Both the position numbers and the translations under genes were made by a program. Below are positions 26,822-36,926 of a DNA stretch of 64,000 nucleotides, in pieces. The DNA is from an uncultured Candidatus Saccharibacteria bacterium. GTDB taxonomy: Bacteria > Patescibacteriota > Minisyncoccia > Phycocordibacterales > UBA9973. The DNA is taken from assembly GCA_964402895.1 (NCBI GenBank), contig CAYODR010000003.1, forward strand, positions 3,534-67,533. Reading direction: 5' to 3'. The notes under the pieces were generated by a model. That model did no database searches, was not told the origin of the DNA, and worked only from the letters and a program-made list of their open reading frames with translations. Numbering within the stretch: position 1 is the first letter of the stretch; each line of letters starts with the position of its first letter.

Positions 26822-28327
26822 ATGGGTTTCATTAAAATCAAAAGTGCTCAAATATATGGGATAAGTGCCATAGGTATAAGTGTAGAAATAGATATTAGTC
26901 ATGGACTTTTTTTATTCCAAATCATAGGGCTAGCCAATAAGGCGGTGGAAGAAAGTAGGGAGAGAGTTCTAAGTTCAATCAAAAATACATTTGAAACAAA
27001 TCCTAAAGCAGAAAATGATAAAATCACAGTCTCGCTTACTCCAGCTACTATACACAAAGAGGGTTCTTATACAGATATAGCTATTGCGCTCGGATATATT
27101 ATTATTAAAAATAATTTAGAAATAAAAATTGATGACAAAATATTTATTGGCGAACTATCTTTAAATGGAGAAGCCCTGCCTGTCAAGGGCGTGGTATCCA
27201 TAATACTTTGGGCAAAAGAAAACGGTGTAAAAGAAATATATATTCCAAAAGAAAATTATAATGATGCAAAAATCATTGATGGTATAGACATTTATTTAAT
27301 AACAAATTTAAAAGATTTAATCTCCCATTTAAAAAATGAACAAAAACTTAAAAGAGTAGATTTTAATAATTCACAACCTAAAAATATCTCAGAAGAGTTT
27401 GATATAAATCAGATACACGGACAAGATGTAGCCAAAAGAGCATTACTTATTGCCGCGACGGGTGGTCACAATATAATTTTGTATGGTCCACCCGGTACTG
27501 GCAAAACAATGCTCGCCAAAGCTTTTCAAAGTATCTTGCCTGATTTATATGAAAAAGAATTTTTAGAAGTTGCACAAATATATTCTTCTGTTGGTATGTT
27601 TGATAAATTATCAAATAAAAGACCACCAATAAGATCTCCCCACCATAGCTCGTCAAAATCAGCTATCTTGGGTGGGGGAAGTATTATCAGGCCAGGGGAA
27701 ATCACGCTCGCACACAACGGAGTACTCTACCTAGACGAATTTTTAGAATATGAAAAATCAGTACTTGAAGCACTCAGAGAATCTTTAGAAGAAAAGAAGA
27801 TCACTATTTCAAGATCAAGAGGATCTATGCAATTTCCAGCAAGATATATCTTGCTTGGCTCCATGAATCCATGTCCTTGTGGTTATCGAGGAAGTAAAAT
27901 AAAAACATGCACATGTACACCTCAAGATATTCATAAATACCAAAAGAAAATATCCGGACCAATATCAGACAGAATAGACATGTGGGTTTCAGTAAATAAT
28001 ATAGATTATAAGCTTCTGCATAAAAAAATGAGTCTCAAGGAAAGCCCGAATATGAAAATGCAAGTAAAGACTATCCGAGACAATCAAATATTACTGAGAG
28101 GCAAATTAAACAATGAGCTAAATACTCAAGAAATATCTGACACTGAAAATATCGACCCATTAGCATTACAAATGCTAGAAGAAAGCGCTCTTAAAATGAA
28201 ACTCTCTCCGAGAAGTTATATTCGCACACTGAAAGTCGCTCGTACAATAGCGGATATAGAAGATTCTGAAAAAATAAAAACCCCACATATATTGGAGTCC
28301 TTACAATATCGACAAAGAGATTTTTAA
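26822..28327 (+). CDS. YifB/ComM-family Mg-chelatase-like AAA+ ATPase
   Basis: ILYGPPGTGKTMLA Walker A, LDEFLEY Walker B, N-terminal Lon-like domain. Confidence 0.85.
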   Translation: MGFIKIKSAQIYGISAIGISVEIDISHGLFLFQIIGLANKAVEESRERVLSSIKNTFETNPKAENDKITVSLTPATIHKEGSYTDIAIALGYIIIKNNLEIKIDDKIFIGELSLNGEALPVKGVVSIILWAKENGVKEIYIPKENYNDAKIIDGIDIYLITNLKDLISHLKNEQKLKRVDFNNSQPKNISEEFDINQIHGQDVAKRALLIAATGGHNIILYGPPGTGKTMLAKAFQSILPDLYEKEFLEVAQIYSSVGMFDKLSNKRPPIRSPHHSSSKSAILGGGSIIRPGEITLAHNGVLYLDEFLEYEKSVLEALRESLEEKKITISRSRGSMQFPARYILLGSMNPCPCGYRGSKIKTCTCTPQDIHKYQKKISGPISDRIDMWVSVNNIDYKLLHKKMSLKESPNMKMQVKTIRDNQILLRGKLNNELNTQEISDTENIDPLALQMLEESALKMKLSPRSYIRTLKVARTIADIEDSEKIKTPHILESLQYRQRDF

Positions 28328-29406
28328 TACTTAGTACCGACTTTATTTTTTCCGAAAGGATTTGTTGCTCCTCTAACTTCAAAGTGTAAGTGTGGACCGG
28401 TAGATCTTCCTGTATTTCCACTTTTACCGATTACATCTCCCTTACTTACTTTACGACCCACAGAAACTTCTGTCTTTGAAAGGTGTGCGTAAAGGGTCTG
28501 AGTACCATTTGAGTGCTTGATAACAATATAATTACCATATCCACCGTTATAAGCTCCACCTCCCTTAGAAAGGATAACCTCTCCGTCTAATGAAGCTTTC
28601 ACGGGTGTCCCCACAGGAGCACCAAAGTCTACCGCATTTGTTCCGTGAATTCCTTGAGTTAAGATACTTCCCGGAATAGGCATAGCATAAGTAGATGAAG
28701 TTGAAGAACTAGAATTTGAAGTAGTATTTGAACTAGTCTGAGTAGTGGTTGTACTCTTTGTCGTTGTAGTAGTAGATTTTGGTTTTTCTATTTGGGGCTC
28801 ACCATTTGGAATGATAATTTCCATTCCAGCTTTCAAATCTTTTGCATCATCAAAGCCGTTGAAAATAAGAATCTCCTTACTATCTGCATCATACTTTTTA
28901 GCAATAGCACTGATAGTATCACCAGACTTAACTTTATATTGAAAACCTGTAATAGGGAGGATGGTGAGTTTATCACCTATCTTGATAGTGTCTTTACTAT
29001 TTAATTCATTTGCCCAACGAATAGTATTTACTGATACTTTAAATCTACTCGCAATACTACTAATGGTGTCACCTGATTTAACTTCATAAATCACAATTGA
29101 GTTGTCTGACTTATCTTGAGAATCATCTTCTTTGATCTCCTCAACAATCTGCATCTCAGATTCAGATACGGTCTCACCACTCTCTATATCTTGGTTAATT
29201 ACCTGCTCATCTTTTATGATATGAGCAGCATTTACATTGAGCTCTGATACTTGGTCGGTTAATATATGACCTACACCAGCATTCAATGCTAAAAGAAATA
29301 ATAACGGTACTTGTCGCTTACGCGACCTACCACTTAAATCGTCTGTTGTTAACATATTACAAGATAATATGATATCAAATAAAAAGACTAAAAACATATA
29401 AAACAA
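28324..29406 (-). CDS. LysM-domain M23 metallopeptidase (peptidoglycan endopeptidase)
   Basis: two LysM repeats (VKSGDTISSIASRF, VKSGDTISAIAKKY), Thr/Ser-rich linker, M23 motifs GTNAVDF and HLHFEV; TM near the N-terminus. Confidence 0.75.
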   Translation of the reverse strand: MFYMFLVFLFDIILSCNMLTTDDLSGRSRKRQVPLLFLLALNAGVGHILTDQVSELNVNAAHIIKDEQVINQDIESGETVSESEMQIVEEIKEDDSQDKSDNSIVIYEVKSGDTISSIASRFKVSVNTIRWANELNSKDTIKIGDKLTILPITGFQYKVKSGDTISAIAKKYDADSKEILIFNGFDDAKDLKAGMEIIIPNGEPQIEKPKSTTTTTKSTTTTQTSSNTTSNSSSSTSSTYAMPIPGSILTQGIHGTNAVDFGAPVGTPVKASLDGEVILSKGGGAYNGGYGNYIVIKHSNGTQTLYAHLSKTEVSVGRKVSKGDVIGKSGNTGRSTGPHLHFEVRGATNPFGKNKVGTKY

Positions 29407-29560
29407 GGAAATATTTATGATGTCAAATAATAATGCTCATAAAACCCTTTATTATCAAGGTATTTGACCTAATACTAAAATATGATATTTCATTAATACC
29501 AAAAAAACCTTATTTTATATAGATATTCTTGATTACACTTTTTTCTGATAGAATAAACAA

Positions 29561-31501
29561 ATGGATTTAACAGCAGGACTAAATGACTCTCAAAAAAAAG
29601 CAGTGCTTCAAACAGATGGACCTCTCCTGATAGTGGCGGGAGCAGGGGCGGGAAAAACCAAAACAATAGTTCATAGAATAGGCCATATAATCTCAAAAGG
29701 CATAAAACCAGAAAATATCTTAGCTGTAACATTTACCAACAAAGCTGCCAAAGAGATGCGGGAGCGTGTCATTTCACTTTTACAAAAAGATTCTTCTATT
29801 CATAATACTTCAACACCTTTTGTCAGCACCTTTCACGCACTCGGGGTATTTTTACTTAGAAAATTTGGAGCATATGACGCTAAAATAAAAAATTTTACAA
29901 TCTTAGATGATGGAGACACAAATACTTTAATCAAAGAAGCGATGCAACATTTTGGTATTGACCCTAAAATGCATGAACCCCGAAGTATAAAAAGTACTAT
30001 TAGCAGAAGCGTAAATGCACTTCTTACTCCTAGTGATTTATCAAAAAGTAGTAATCCTAAACACAGAATAGCTGGGCAAATTTGGGGTAAATATAAAGAA
30101 TTAAAAATAAAACAAAAAGCTCTAGACTTTGATGATTTGTTATTTGAAACTTTTAAACTCTTAAATAAAGATGAAGAAGCACTTTCTTGGTGCAACCAAA
30201 ACTGGAAGTACATACATGTAGATGAGTATCAAGACACAAATGAAATTCAATATCGCATTGCTAAATCCTTAGCAGGAGAAAATAAAAATATCTGCGTAGT
30301 TGGTGACAGTGATCAAAGTATATATTCATGGAGAGGAGCAAATATCAAAAATATTTTAGAGTTTGAAAAAGATTATCCTGATGCAGTAGTCGTGCTACTT
30401 GAAGAGAATTATCGCTCCACTAAAAATGTTATTGCTGTCGCAAACGAAGTAATCAATAAAAATACTTTTAGAACACCTAAAAATCTTTTTACAAACAATC
30501 AAGAAGGTGACTTAATCTCACTCTATGGAGCCTATGATGAAAATGATGAAGCACAATTTGTCGTAGAAAGATGTATTGAACAAATGGACAAAGGTATAAA
30601 ACCAAATGACATCGCAGTACTTTTTAGAACTAACTTCCAATCTAGAATTTTAGAAGAAGCATTTCTCAGAAACAATATTCCGTATCAAATGCTTGGTACT
30701 AGATTCTTTGAAAGAAAAGAAGTAAAAGACATTTTGTCATACATAAAAGCATCGCTTAATCCAGATAGCCTGCTTGATATAAAAAGAGTAATAAATACAC
30801 CCGTCAGAGGTATCGGAAAAGTAACTATTGCAAAAATGTTTTCTGCCCCGGACATAAATACCGCTATCAATTCTGATGAATATTTAAGTGGTAAGGCCTT
30901 AATATCTGTAAGGGGGTTTTTTTCTATTTTAGAAAAAATAAAAGAATTTTCTTTATTAAATAGTGTCTCTGAAACTATTAGATATACTATCACCGAAAGC
31001 GGAATGCTAAATTATTTAAAAGACGATGGACTTGATGGACAAGAAAGACTTGAAAACCTGGAAGAACTTGTATCTCTTTCTATAAAATACGATCACCTAG
31101 AAACTAAAGAAGGGTTAGAAAAATTGGTGGAAGATGCAACTCTAATGAGTGATCAGGACAATCTAGAAAAAGCTCATGGTGTAAAACTTATGACTATTCA
31201 TGCCTCAAAAGGTCTTGAGTTTAAGGTGGTTTTTGTTGTAGGGCTTGAATACGGACTTTTTCCATATGAAAAAGATGGTGAAAAATTAACAGGAAGCGAC
31301 GCCGAAGAAGAACGGAGACTTATGTATGTAGCCCTAACGCGAGCAAGAGAAAAACTTTATCTATCTTATGCGGGCATTAGAACCATCTTTGGCATGAGAG
31401 ATGTCAGACTACCGAGCGAATTTATCTCTGATATTCCTGATGAATTTATTGAAAGAGAAAGCAGAACAGGTGAATCAGGGTTCACTACTGTATACTTATA
31501 A
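29561..31501 (+). CDS. pcrA: UvrD/PcrA/Rep-family DNA helicase
   Basis: Walker A AGAGAGKT, DEYQDTN motif II, VGDSDQSIYSWRGA, TIHASKGLEF motif V. Confidence 0.85.
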   Translation: MDLTAGLNDSQKKAVLQTDGPLLIVAGAGAGKTKTIVHRIGHIISKGIKPENILAVTFTNKAAKEMRERVISLLQKDSSIHNTSTPFVSTFHALGVFLLRKFGAYDAKIKNFTILDDGDTNTLIKEAMQHFGIDPKMHEPRSIKSTISRSVNALLTPSDLSKSSNPKHRIAGQIWGKYKELKIKQKALDFDDLLFETFKLLNKDEEALSWCNQNWKYIHVDEYQDTNEIQYRIAKSLAGENKNICVVGDSDQSIYSWRGANIKNILEFEKDYPDAVVVLLEENYRSTKNVIAVANEVINKNTFRTPKNLFTNNQEGDLISLYGAYDENDEAQFVVERCIEQMDKGIKPNDIAVLFRTNFQSRILEEAFLRNNIPYQMLGTRFFERKEVKDILSYIKASLNPDSLLDIKRVINTPVRGIGKVTIAKMFSAPDINTAINSDEYLSGKALISVRGFFSILEKIKEFSLLNSVSETIRYTITESGMLNYLKDDGLDGQERLENLEELVSLSIKYDHLETKEGLEKLVEDATLMSDQDNLEKAHGVKLMTIHASKGLEFKVVFVVGLEYGLFPYEKDGEKLTGSDAEEERRLMYVALTRAREKLYLSYAGIRTIFGMRDVRLPSEFISDIPDEFIERESRTGESGFTTVYL

Positions 31502-31507
31502 TAATCT

Positions 31508-32305
31508 ATGAAAGCCAAAAAACACCTAGGACAACATTTTTTAAATTCACCGAAAGCTCTAAAGGAGATGGTAGAATCTGCAGATATAAAAGGTGATGAT
31601 TATGTACTAGAAATAGGACCGGGCAAAGGTGTATTGACTGAAAAAATTTTAGAAAAATCTAAACATCTTTTTGTAATTGAAAAAGATAAAGACATGATAC
31701 CAATTTTAGAACAAAGGTTTGAAAAAGAAATTAAAAATAAAAAACTAAAAATCATAGAAGGGGATATTTTAAAATTCTCTCCCGAAGAATATTTCAAAGA
31801 AAAAAAATATAAAATAGTAGCCAATATTCCATACTATATAACTGGTGCCATAATTGAAAAATTCCTTTCAACCAAAAATCCGCCCACAGACATGTCTCTC
31901 TTGGTACAAAAAGAAGTGGCTGAAAGAATCGCGGCAAAAGAAAAAAAACAAAGTATATTATCTATTGCTGTCAGTGCCTACGGAGAACCTTTTTATATTT
32001 CTAAAGTTCCAAGAGGTGCATTTAATCCACCACCAAAAGTAGATTCTGCAGTGCTTGCGATCAGAAATATTTCAAAAGTTTTTTTTCAAGAAATAAGTGA
32101 GCTTGAATTCTTTTTACTTGTAAAATCAGTTTTTGGAAAAAAGAGAAAACAACTACAATCCTCACTTTCAGATTTTTTGGAAGATAAAAACCTTGCAAAC
32201 CAAATTTTAGCAGAGCTCAAAATAAATCCAAAAGAAAGGCCGGAAAATCTCTCCCTCTCAGAATGGAAAAAACTAGCCTTAAATATAAAAAAGAGTGTAC
32301 AATAG
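31508..32305 (+). CDS. rsmA: 16S rRNA (adenine1518/1519-N6)-dimethyltransferase
   Basis: KKHLGQHFL, EIGPGKG and NIPY motifs of KsgA/RsmA. Confidence 0.9.
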   Translation: MKAKKHLGQHFLNSPKALKEMVESADIKGDDYVLEIGPGKGVLTEKILEKSKHLFVIEKDKDMIPILEQRFEKEIKNKKLKIIEGDILKFSPEEYFKEKKYKIVANIPYYITGAIIEKFLSTKNPPTDMSLLVQKEVAERIAAKEKKQSILSIAVSAYGEPFYISKVPRGAFNPPPKVDSAVLAIRNISKVFFQEISELEFFLLVKSVFGKKRKQLQSSLSDFLEDKNLANQILAELKINPKERPENLSLSEWKKLALNIKKSVQ

Positions 32306-33176
32306 AGAAGTGAATCAAACAAATCTTCCTAGTAAAAAATTCTTAATAATAAGTGGCGTAGCAATATTTTTGCTCGCAATCGTATTGATAGTCCAGACAG
32401 AGTGGTTTAAAAATATTTTTAAACCAAAAGAAAGACCTGGTGGGCCAATAATGGTCGGAGAAGCTATTACAAAAGATTCTAATGGTAATGGTATTCCTGA
32501 TTGGGAAGAAGCTTTATGGGGGCTAGATCCTACCGTTCTCTACACAGGCGAAATGTCCAATAGAGAGATAATTGAAAATAAGAAGAAGGGGTTGGGGTTA
32601 GAAAATATAGGGGAGTTAAATCCAAGCCAACAGATTGCTCGAGATATCATAACCATAGCGATGTCTTTAGGTTATGAAGGTTTTAGTAATGATACAATAG
32701 GAGAAATCGGAGAAGAATTAGCCAAAAATACAGAAATCACTGATATTCCTCAAAAATATAATATCAATAACATAAAAACAGTGCCGACTACAATGAATTC
32801 TATTAAGAATTACAATGACTCTCTGAATAAAATCCTTGAGGAAGCGCCCGAAGACAGAAGTGGCGAAATAATAACTTACACACTTTATTATGAAGAAAAT
32901 AGTAGACTTTCAGAACTTTCTATTTATGCTGAGAATTATCAAAATATAATATCTAAAATCTCTAAACTTGAAGCACCAGTTGGCGGAGCTAGATATCATG
33001 TAGATATATTAAATGGATTAAATGGTATGTCCGTAGCTTTTTCATATCTAGCAAATATAGATGATGATTTTATAAAAGCTACAAATGGATTTGGGCTTTT
33101 GAAGAAGTATTCTATTCTTTTTGAAATGTCCATAGAAGAATATGCTTTATTTTTAGAAAATTACGGTATAATATAA
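32295..33176 (+). CDS. membrane-anchored hypothetical protein with NGNGIPD Ca-binding-like motif
   Basis: single N-terminal TM; DSNGNGIPDWEE motif shared with the protein at 35469. Confidence 0.4.
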   Translation: MYNREVNQTNLPSKKFLIISGVAIFLLAIVLIVQTEWFKNIFKPKERPGGPIMVGEAITKDSNGNGIPDWEEALWGLDPTVLYTGEMSNREIIENKKKGLGLENIGELNPSQQIARDIITIAMSLGYEGFSNDTIGEIGEELAKNTEITDIPQKYNINNIKTVPTTMNSIKNYNDSLNKILEEAPEDRSGEIITYTLYYEENSRLSELSIYAENYQNIISKISKLEAPVGGARYHVDILNGLNGMSVAFSYLANIDDDFIKATNGFGLLKKYSILFEMSIEEYALFLENYGII

Positions 33177-33178
33177 AC

Positions 33179-35452
33179 ATGCTTAAAAATACTTTTATAA
33201 TTTTTATATCTATTTCACTTTTTTTTCCTAATATATCTTTAGCTCAGAATCGTATAAACCCCGATGATATGAATAAAATAATGCTTACCAATATATTGGC
33301 AGGCTCTGCTACCTGTTTAGTAAATGTGGGGGTAAATTACCTTACAAACTACATGTCTGATAAGGCACAAAAGGCAAGAGAAGAAGCAGAGGAAAGATTA
33401 AAAAAAGAAGCTGAAGATTTTGCGGCAAAAGCAGCTGTTAATGCTACGTCAGCCGCGGTAGGGCTTGGCTATGCATACGTAAATGTTACAAACACTAGAA
33501 CTGTAGAAAAAAGAGCTCAAGATGCTGTTAATAGCTTAATCTCAAAAGAGGCTTGCTGGGACGGCTTGGCTAGAGGTGTTGCTCAAAACCTCCTACAATC
33601 TTTTTCAAACAATATAATAAGTCTTGCAAACACTGGTTTTGATGGAAATCCTGTATACATTAGAAATATAGATGATTTTATGGATAGTGTCACCAAGCAA
33701 AAACTAAATCATTTAATGCCAGATATTCAGACTAAAAATCCTGTCTTTGGAAATGCTTTAAGATCTATATTAACAGATCAAATTAATCTAACATCTAATG
33801 ATCTAATTCTATCAGCCAATAATACTGAAGTCGGAAAACAATATAATGAATTTATTAATGATTTTACTCGTGGTGGTTGGGGGTCACTTTTAAATACTCA
33901 GAACAATCCACTTTCTGCAATGTTTGGTGCATCTAATGAAATATACACCAATATCATAAATGAAAAATTAAACCTTAGAGATGAATACTCTAGAGGAAAC
34001 GGTTTTTTAGATATAAAGCAGTGTATAGAATATGATAAAAATGATAAAGATCTTTGTATAAAATACGCAACTACTACACCTGGGAAGCTTATATCTGACC
34101 AGGTAAGTCTTGTAATAGGTTCACCTATTAGACAGCTTGAGACTGTAGATGAAATAGATGAAATAGTGCATGCTTTTTTTGCTAATCTTATAAATAAAAT
34201 ATTAGGAAAAGATGGAGGGCTTTTTAGTGCTGAAGTTCTTTCTGGAGATTTTGGAGGCACTAACTGGGGGTCCAATCTTACTTTCTCTGATGGTGTACCA
34301 ATAAGACCAACTATTAACATGGAAATGTCTACTGGTTTTAGCAATATAGACATACAAAGACCTCAACTTATCAGAGAAGCAATAATAGCACAAATAAATT
34401 TTAAAAACAGAGCTCAAGATCACATATATGCGAACTTTGAAGAACTATATGAACTAGGCAGACTTGACTACTGTATGCCTGGTCCCAACCCTAGGTGGGA
34501 TTCTAGTAGAAGTACACTAGCCCAAAATATAGAATTATTTTCAGAAAATTCTATAGATGGACTTGATACGGCTCTACTTAAAAAAACTAGTGACAAATTG
34601 ATAGGGAATAACTATAGTTATGTACTTAACAATTCTTATGAAAATTTTTTACAATACGCTAGTATGGATGGAGCAAATCGATCAGTTGGATTATTTAAGC
34701 CATTTAAAGCTATAGACAGTATTACAGGCAAAGAAAAAAGTATAACATTTGAAAAAGGAATTGCTGAACTGCCTGCACAAAAAAATATACAAGGTATTTA
34801 TACTGACATAGCAGACGTTCCGGGTAACCCTATGATAACATCCAGAGGTATGATGGCTTTTACAAGTATTTCTCCTATATATAATAAAAATGTAATTCGT
34901 TTTTTTATGGCGGATAAATTACTAGATAGATATGCCTTGGGGAATTTTATATATAGCAAAGTTCTAAAAAATTCTCTCAAAGAAGATTTTGAATCAAAAT
35001 ATAGTATAGATAAAATAATCACAATATTTAAAGAACATAATCCAAATGTAAGCATTACACAAAAAGCTCTATATGGAGGAATGACGACTCAGGCATATGA
35101 GCATACAGAAAGGCTGATACCAAGAGCGCAAGAGATATACCTTATACAAGAAAGCTTAAATGAAGAGATAAATGAAGAAAATGGTCGAACTACACAAAAT
35201 ATCGTACTTCTTAATCAGTTATACCAAGAGGTACAAGATATAGTAGAACCAGCAAAAGCCAGATATATAGCAGAGAGAGCAGCGGCAGGTGACCCAGTAG
35301 ATATGCAATGTATAGATGCTGCTTATGTAATAGACAGATCTCCAATCACTGTCCCACTAGACTCTGATGCTACTCCAAGAAATCTAAATCATCAAGGTTC
35401 AAAATACAATAAATTAAATCAAAATAGAATATATTTTGATAGTACACTATAA
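33179..35452 (+). CDS. large secreted hypothetical protein (757 aa)
   Basis: signal peptide MLKNTFIIFISISLFFPNISLAQN; no known domain recognised; -10 box 6 nt upstream of the ATG. Confidence 0.5.
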   Translation: MLKNTFIIFISISLFFPNISLAQNRINPDDMNKIMLTNILAGSATCLVNVGVNYLTNYMSDKAQKAREEAEERLKKEAEDFAAKAAVNATSAAVGLGYAYVNVTNTRTVEKRAQDAVNSLISKEACWDGLARGVAQNLLQSFSNNIISLANTGFDGNPVYIRNIDDFMDSVTKQKLNHLMPDIQTKNPVFGNALRSILTDQINLTSNDLILSANNTEVGKQYNEFINDFTRGGWGSLLNTQNNPLSAMFGASNEIYTNIINEKLNLRDEYSRGNGFLDIKQCIEYDKNDKDLCIKYATTTPGKLISDQVSLVIGSPIRQLETVDEIDEIVHAFFANLINKILGKDGGLFSAEVLSGDFGGTNWGSNLTFSDGVPIRPTINMEMSTGFSNIDIQRPQLIREAIIAQINFKNRAQDHIYANFEELYELGRLDYCMPGPNPRWDSSRSTLAQNIELFSENSIDGLDTALLKKTSDKLIGNNYSYVLNNSYENFLQYASMDGANRSVGLFKPFKAIDSITGKEKSITFEKGIAELPAQKNIQGIYTDIADVPGNPMITSRGMMAFTSISPIYNKNVIRFFMADKLLDRYALGNFIYSKVLKNSLKEDFESKYSIDKIITIFKEHNPNVSITQKALYGGMTTQAYEHTERLIPRAQEIYLIQESLNEEINEENGRTTQNIVLLNQLYQEVQDIVEPAKARYIAERAAAGDPVDMQCIDAAYVIDRSPITVPLDSDATPRNLNHQGSKYNKLNQNRIYFDSTL

Positions 35453-35468
35453 TGTATAAGACTGATAT

Positions 35469-36896
35469 ATGAAAAGAAAAAAGATAATCATAATAACCAT
35501 AATACTTCTACTGATAGCAGCCGCTCTCTATGGATTTAGCATTTTCAAGGCACGCCAAAATGCAGCTAGAGAAAATGGTCAAGTATATGGTTTTAGAGAA
35601 TTCCTTAACATAGGGTCATTAGATATTTTTAGTCCGGGAGGGGAAGATATAAATACAGACTTTGAGCCTCTCCCTAGTGACTCAACCCTTGACCCTCTAG
35701 AAGATAGAAATGGAAATGGTGTTCCTGATGGACTAGAGGACCAAAATGGCAATAGAATAATAGACCAATTTGAAAGACCTGATGGAAGTGGATATATATC
35801 AAGACCCTCAGGAATTCCAATTCTTTTACCACCCGGAATAAATCCAGACTATTTTAACCCGGACTATTCTAACCCTGACAATCAAGATATCTATACTTGC
35901 GGAATAACAAACTTTTCAGCAAACGGAACAATAAGTCTTATTTTAACAGACCCAGAGAATGTCACAATAAATTGGAGCACAGAAAACTGTGAATATGTAA
36001 CCATTAGCGGTATTGATGGAGAATTACCCGCCTCAGGGAATACCACTTTAAACATTTCTTCTTCCGAAGTACTCACACTTAATTCATATCCGAGTGGAGC
36101 AAGTGCGTATGTTTCTATTTTTTTAATAGAAGATTCTGGGCTAGAGGATCCTATCATTCCTTCTGATCAAACTCCGAGATGTATGATAAATAGTTTCACA
36201 ATAAATGGAGATACCGTCAGTACTAATATAGCCAAAGGTGGTAACGCAAATATTAGCTGGTCATCTACAAACTGTGAATATGTAACTATCAGCGGCTTTT
36301 CTGGCAGTCAAGATACGGGCGGAACCCTATCAAGAACAATAGAGACCAACACAACATTTACAATTACTGGTTATCCAAATGGACAAACACTCTCTGTAAA
36401 TGCATATATAGATACATTATGGTCGGGGGGGGAGGGCCCAGATTATGTATGGAGTGGAAATGAGATATTGAATGGTTGTCTAGCTAAGGATATTAATATA
36501 GAATTTACACAAGAAGAATTAGAAAAACTGGCAGACCTACAGAGAAGATATAATGTTATCGCTCAAACTCTTAAAAGTAATGAAGCTGTTAGTGAACAAT
36601 ATAAAAAATATCTAGATTCAGCACTTAGTACAGTAAATACAAAAGAATCTAGGGAATTCTGTGAACAAGCAAAAGGATCTATAGCAGATGTAAGTATGAA
36701 TAAAAGAATACCTACGCCTTTTTGGAACGCACAAGCTGAGCCATCACTTGGATACCCAGCAGATTCTAATACTTTTACAAATTTCCCAATATATACATCT
36801 GATTATGAAGGTAGAGAATCGCCCAGATCTGCTTATGAGACTCCGAGCTTATGGGCAACACTATTTGAAAGAATTTTCCGTATCAACATATGGTAA
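35469..36896 (+). CDS. membrane-anchored protein with NGNGVPD motif and two tandem ~90-aa repeats
   Basis: N-terminal TM; repeats share W(S)T(E)NCEYVTISG...TGYP. Confidence 0.5.
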   Translation: MKRKKIIIITIILLLIAAALYGFSIFKARQNAARENGQVYGFREFLNIGSLDIFSPGGEDINTDFEPLPSDSTLDPLEDRNGNGVPDGLEDQNGNRIIDQFERPDGSGYISRPSGIPILLPPGINPDYFNPDYSNPDNQDIYTCGITNFSANGTISLILTDPENVTINWSTENCEYVTISGIDGELPASGNTTLNISSSEVLTLNSYPSGASAYVSIFLIEDSGLEDPIIPSDQTPRCMINSFTINGDTVSTNIAKGGNANISWSSTNCEYVTISGFSGSQDTGGTLSRTIETNTTFTITGYPNGQTLSVNAYIDTLWSGGEGPDYVWSGNEILNGCLAKDINIEFTQEELEKLADLQRRYNVIAQTLKSNEAVSEQYKKYLDSALSTVNTKESREFCEQAKGSIADVSMNKRIPTPFWNAQAEPSLGYPADSNTFTNFPIYTSDYEGRESPRSAYETPSLWATLFERIFRINIW

Positions 36897-36926
36897 AAGT
36901 TATATATATCATGATACAATAGGTTA

